This document shows, in pieces, positions 25,396 to 29,376 of a stretch of DNA of 29,376 nt. Position numbers and translations under genes: made by a program. The notes under the pieces are model-generated. The model was not told the DNA's origin. It searched no databases and saw nothing but the letters and a program-made list of their open reading frames with translations. Positions within the stretch are counted from its first letter, which is position 1; each line of letters begins with the position of its first letter. This stretch comes from an uncultured virus (IMG/VR IMGVR_UViG_3300047157_000031) (Duplodnaviria > Heunggongvirae > Uroviricota > Caudoviricetes): IMG/VR virus record IMGVR_UViG_3300047157_000031, one strand, 5' to 3'.

Positions 25396-25972
25396 AAAAG
25401 AAAGGAATGTACTTAAACCAAGATAGATACTCAAATGAAAGAAGGTGGTCCGGGTATAGAAGCTCTTAGAAAAGAAGCACCTGAAGTTGTTGAACGTATG
25501 GGTTATGAAGAAGGTGGTCCTATGAAGATGGATGACCAAATGATTAATGGTTATGACATCCTCTGAAGAACCTATGGAATCTGATGATGATATGGAAGAT
25601 AACTATACAAGATTTATAATGGAAGAAGCATTAAGTGAAGAAGAAGAAGATATGCTTGTTTCAAAACTAGAACAAGATAAACTACAAATGTTATTTGATA
25701 AAGTAATAGATGTAGCACAAGAATTTGCTGGGTCTGGTCCTGTTGAAGGACCGGGTTCAGGAGTCTCTGACAGTATACCTGCAAGGTTATCTGATGGAGA
25801 ATTTGTCTTTACTGCAAAAGCTGTAGAAGAAATCGGAGAAGACAATTTAATGTCTATGATGAAAGAAGCTGAAGCTGCTGCAGATGAAAGACAACCAGCT
25901 GAAATGGGAGGTGTAATGGATGCAAAGATAATCAAGGTAATGTCCAAGGAATGCAAAAGGTTCTATTGTTGA
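25392..25972 (+). CDS. Acidic virion-module protein with GPG.G.SDSIPARLSDGEFV motif (boundaries uncertain)
   Basis: ORF-track fragment 25547-25972 plus upstream frameshifted pieces. Confidence 0.6.
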
Positions 25973-26035
25973 TGAATTGAGAAAAGAATCGCTATACTAA
26001 TCCATAAACAATACCTATTCAGTAAAGCAAATAAC

Positions 26036-26150
26036 GATAAAGCTACCCTATTAGCGTAGGCACTTTATCATTAATAACCGAAAGGCTACCTTTACAAACA
26101 AGCCCTCTAGTCGACATAGAGCTACCTTGTAAACAAGCCCTGAGTAGGAG
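26036..26150 (+). ncRNA. Structured leader of the scaffold gene with repeated GCUACC / ACAAGCCC motifs
   Basis: Stems GAUAAAG/CUUUAUC, CCUA/UAGG, CC-GAAA-GG, UUUACAA/UUGUAAA, CUCUA/UAGAG; GCUACC x3; AAACAAGCCCU x2. Confidence 0.6.
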
Positions 26151-26157
26151 AAAGAAA

Positions 26158-27041
26158 ATGACTAATACAAGTCCAAAAAGAAGAACAAGCGAATCCTTAT
26201 AACGCAAAAAAAACCTTGGCACAATGTAGAAGATAAACCTTTTATCATCAGATAATTATATTTTGAAGAGCCTTCTGAAAAGAATAAACTCTTCAGAAGT
26301 AGATGACATAACTGAAGTTAAGCTAAGGAAGTGTTAATACTGAAGAACAGGAAACTAAAAAGGATACTCCTTATAAGAAACCAGACTATAAAAAAAGATA
26401 TGATGATTTAAAAAAACATTATGATAGTAAACTTAACGAGTTTAAATCTAGAGAACAAGAGTTAATTAGAAGAAGCTACTAAAATAGAACTGAATATAAA
26501 GCTCCTAAATCTCCAGAAGAACTTAGAACAGTTTAAAAATGAATATCCTGATGTTTACGAAGTTGTAGAAACTGTTGCTCATTTACAAAGCGAATCTAAA
26601 GCAAAAGTTCTAGAAGAACGCCTTAGTAAACTCCAAGAACGTGAAAACAATTAGTACGACAAGATGCAGAAAAAAGGTTAAGGAAAGACATCCTGATTTT
26701 GAAGATATCAGAAACAGTGATGACTTTCATGGTTGGGCAAAAGAACAACCTGCATCTATCCAAGCTTGGATATATGAAATACTGACGATGCTGATTTAGC
26801 TTCACGTGCTTTAGATTTGTTTAAAAAAGATTTTGGTATGGACCTTCCAAAGACTAAGTCAATCTTCTAAACCGACCAGAACAATCTGCTGCTGATATGG
26901 TTTCAACTAAAACAACAAAGTTGAACCTACGACAGGAAAAGTATGGTCAGAAAAGGAGATTGCTGCATGAGTATGGCAGAATTTGATAAATACGAAAAGG
27001 AAATATCAGATGCTATGCAAGAAGGCAGAATCACAAAATAA
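26158..27041 (+). CDS. Putative capsid scaffolding protein (frameshifted as assembled)
   Basis: AGGAG RBS; ANPYN, DYKKRYDDLKKHYD, YPDVYEVVETVA, HPDFEDI, C-terminal AMQEGRI; directly upstream of the capsid gene. Confidence 0.7.
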
Positions 27042-27071
27042 ACTATAACTTAACTTAAAGGAGAAAGTATC

Positions 27072-28050
27072 ATGGCTCAATTTTTTGAACCCTCAACAGA
27101 TACCGATGCTAACTTTGCAAACTCCGTAAGTGGACAAACTAATAGTTTCTTTTTACCTTCGGTTTACTCTAAAAAGGTTTTAAACTTCTTTAGAAAAGCC
27201 TCGGTAATTGAAGCTATTACTAACACCGACTATGCCGGTGAGATATCCTCTTTCGGAGACTCTGTAAAGATTATCAAAGAACCAGTTATTTCTGTGTCAG
27301 ATTACACAAGAAATAGCGACACAACTGAAACTAGACTAACAGACCAAGAAATTACTTTGGTTGTTGATAGTGCTAAAGCTTTCAAATTCATCGTAGATGA
27401 TATTGAAACTAACATGTCACATGTCAACTTCAAAGAAGTTGCTTCTTCTCTGCTGCGTATGCATTGAAAGATTCATATGATGCTGCTGTCTTAGCAACTA
27501 TGTTTGCTGGTTGTTCAGCTTCATCACCTAATCACATTTTAGGTTCTGATAGTGCAACTGATTTAGCAGCAGGAGTCTTTGATGGCTCTGGTGCTGCTAG
27601 ATATTAGGTTTTGACGGTCTGGTGAAACTGACCCATTAGACCTTATGGCTAGAATGGCAAGACTATTAGACGAACAAAATGTACCTGAAGAAGGTAGATG
27701 GTTCGTTGCAAGTCCTGACTTCTATGAAGTTCTAGGTCAATCTCTTCTAAATTATTATCTGTAGACTTCAACGCAGGTCAAGGTTCTATTAGAAATGGTT
27801 TAGTTTCAAGTGGAAAATTACGTGGATTTGATATGTACAAATCTAACAACATTGCTGCAACATCTAATGCTGCTGGTAAATGTTTATGGCTGGTCACATG
27901 TCATCTACTGCAACTGCTAACACAATTCTTTCAACAGAAGTGTTGAGAGACCCAACATCGTTTGGTGACATTGTTAGAGGCTTACATGTCTATGGTGCGA
28001 AAGTACTTAGAGATGAAGCTTTAGTAAGTGCATTCTACGGAATTGACTAA
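27072..28050 (+). CDS. Major capsid protein (frameshifted as assembled)
   Basis: AAGGAG RBS; FLPSVYSKKVL, ITNTDYAGEISSFGDSVKIIKEP, LDEQNVPEEGRW, FGDIVRGLHVYGAKVLR; followed by a terminator. Confidence 0.88.
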
Positions 28051-28059
28051 TCATAAATT

Positions 28060-28090
28060 GGGGGAGTCTTCGGACTCCTCCTCTTTTTTT
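28060..28090 (+). terminator. Intrinsic terminator after the capsid gene
   Basis: GGGGAGTC-TTCG-GACTCCTC plus a T run (cUUCGg tetraloop). Confidence 0.85.
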
Positions 28091-28229
28091 ATAAGGAAAA
28101 AAATGTATAAAGAAAAAAGAATAGCATGGCTAGAAAAGAAAATGGATGGTAGCCATGGCTAAAGAAAAAAGAAAGGTCATGGTGGATGGTAAATTACATG
28201 AAACACACAGGTAAGTTTGTAGCTAAACA

Positions 28230-28824
28230 TAAAGGTGACCCTTTTTATGGTAATGTAACTGTTGCAACAGGTGCAGGACAAAGATGGTATACATTAAAGT
28301 CTGATAGTTCTAGTATAACTACAGACTATGCATCAATAGATTGGGATGATTTTTATGTTAACAACAATAAATGTAAGTGGAGAAACAACTCCTTATGTTT
28401 CTAAAGGTTTAAAGTTTTTAACATTAGAAGATTGGAAAAGATACTACAGAGATTCTGAAAATGCAGATGATGCAGATAGGTTCAGATGCAAGTCATGGAG
28501 AACCTAAATATGTTATTTAAAGTCTCCAGACCATAGAAAGTTTGGATTAAGTCCAATACCTGATAAAGTTTATAATGTACATTTTTATGCTTTTGTAAAA
28601 CCAACAAGCGTTATCAGCATATGACGACACTATTACTTTACCAGACCAGTACAGTAATGTAATAACAGCTAGAAGCTAGATATTATGTACATGGCAGTTT
28701 AAAGAAAGCCCACAACAAGCTGCTTTTGCATTGGACGATTATAAAAAAGGTATGAAGACTATGAAATCTAATTTAATTAATCCAGAACCTAAAGTATATG
28801 ACAGACGATAGGACTTATTTCTAA
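28230..28824 (+). CDS. Putative head-tail adaptor / tail tubular protein A-like (N-terminus missing, frameshifted)
   Basis: Fragments GQRWYTLK, GEPKYV, FGLSPIPDKVYNVHF, LPDQYSNVI; position after the capsid gene. Confidence 0.55.
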
Positions 28825-28826
28825 AT

Positions 28827-29376
28827 ATGGCAGCAGGACAACCTTTTACAGTAGCATGTTAAGTGGTGGATTAGTAACATCTCAGCTAACTCAATATCTT
28901 TACTTACGTACACCCGGAGTTGCTACTAAGTTTTAAGAAACTTTGAAGTATCTATTGAAGGTGGATACAGAAGTATAAATGGATATGAGCAAACAAGCCT
29001 TACATCTTTAGAATGGAAGGTACTAATGCTTTAGCTAGTAGAACTTTCTTTGCAGAAGAAATTACTGTAACAGGAACTAAGCATGCTAAATATGTTACGA
29101 CACATGATAAACATTTAATTGTTGCAGGTGTTGAAGATAATTTAAGTACAATATTTTATAGTTCGTTATTAGACCCTACAAGCTTTAGTGGAAGTGGTGC
29201 AGGTTCTATAGTCGTTGAAGACCAAATAGAAGGAGTTAGAGGTTTCCGTAATGAGTTATTTATATTCTGTACAAATAGCATATTTAAACTTATAAATATA
29301 AATTCAATAGTAACATTGCAATCGTACCAGTTACAAAGAACGTAGGTTGTTTAAGTGGATATAGCATTCAAGAAAT
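28827..29376 (+). CDS. Putative tail nozzle / tubular protein B-like (internally deleted, frameshifted, runs off window)
   Basis: MAAGQPFTVAC..GGL, NFEVSIEGGYR, then beta-propeller-like HLIVAG...IFYS...FRNELFIFC, VGCL. Confidence 0.55.

Noticed and set aside
21639..29376. Stop-codon reassignment or programmed frameshifting as the cause of broken structural genes
   Set aside because: The breaks are frame changes at varied non-slippery sites plus missing segments, and TAA, TAG and TGA all act as normal stops in the clean half.

Overview
An AT-rich segment of a T7-replisome-type podovirus genome, probably marine. No phage RNA polymerase is visible, and transcription appears to rely on host promoters. 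Two arms diverge from a central control region (~15.3-19.7 kb). The minus-strand arm carries small early genes (GP88-like, DUF3846, stand-alone WYL, TonB-like), SSB, primase-helicase, family-A DNA polymerase, three nucleases, DUF3310 and class Ia nrdA/nrdB. The plus-strand arm carries TerS, very basic small proteins, an iscU auxiliary gene, TerL, portal, scaffold, major capsid and tail adaptor/nozzle genes. The first 2.2 kb is the end of a convergent plus-strand operon. From ~21.63 kb onward the genes are broken by many indels and apparent deletions, most likely consensus/assembly error. The most unusual signals are regulatory. (i) A perfect 53-bp repeat builds cassettes of terminator + ECF-sigma-like promoter (TGTAAC-N16-CGTT) + near-leaderless ORF. 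(ii) Two early 5' UTRs hold H-type pseudoknots of the same geometry but unrelated sequence. (iii) A switch-like leader precedes the GP88-like gene. (iv) A leader with repeated internal-loop motifs precedes the scaffold gene. (v) Back-to-back perfect sigma70 promoters sit before TerS, one firing into an ORF-free repeat tract. (vi) A ~200-nt gene is overprinted on the portal C-terminus. All family assignments come from motif recognition by eye, not from database searches.
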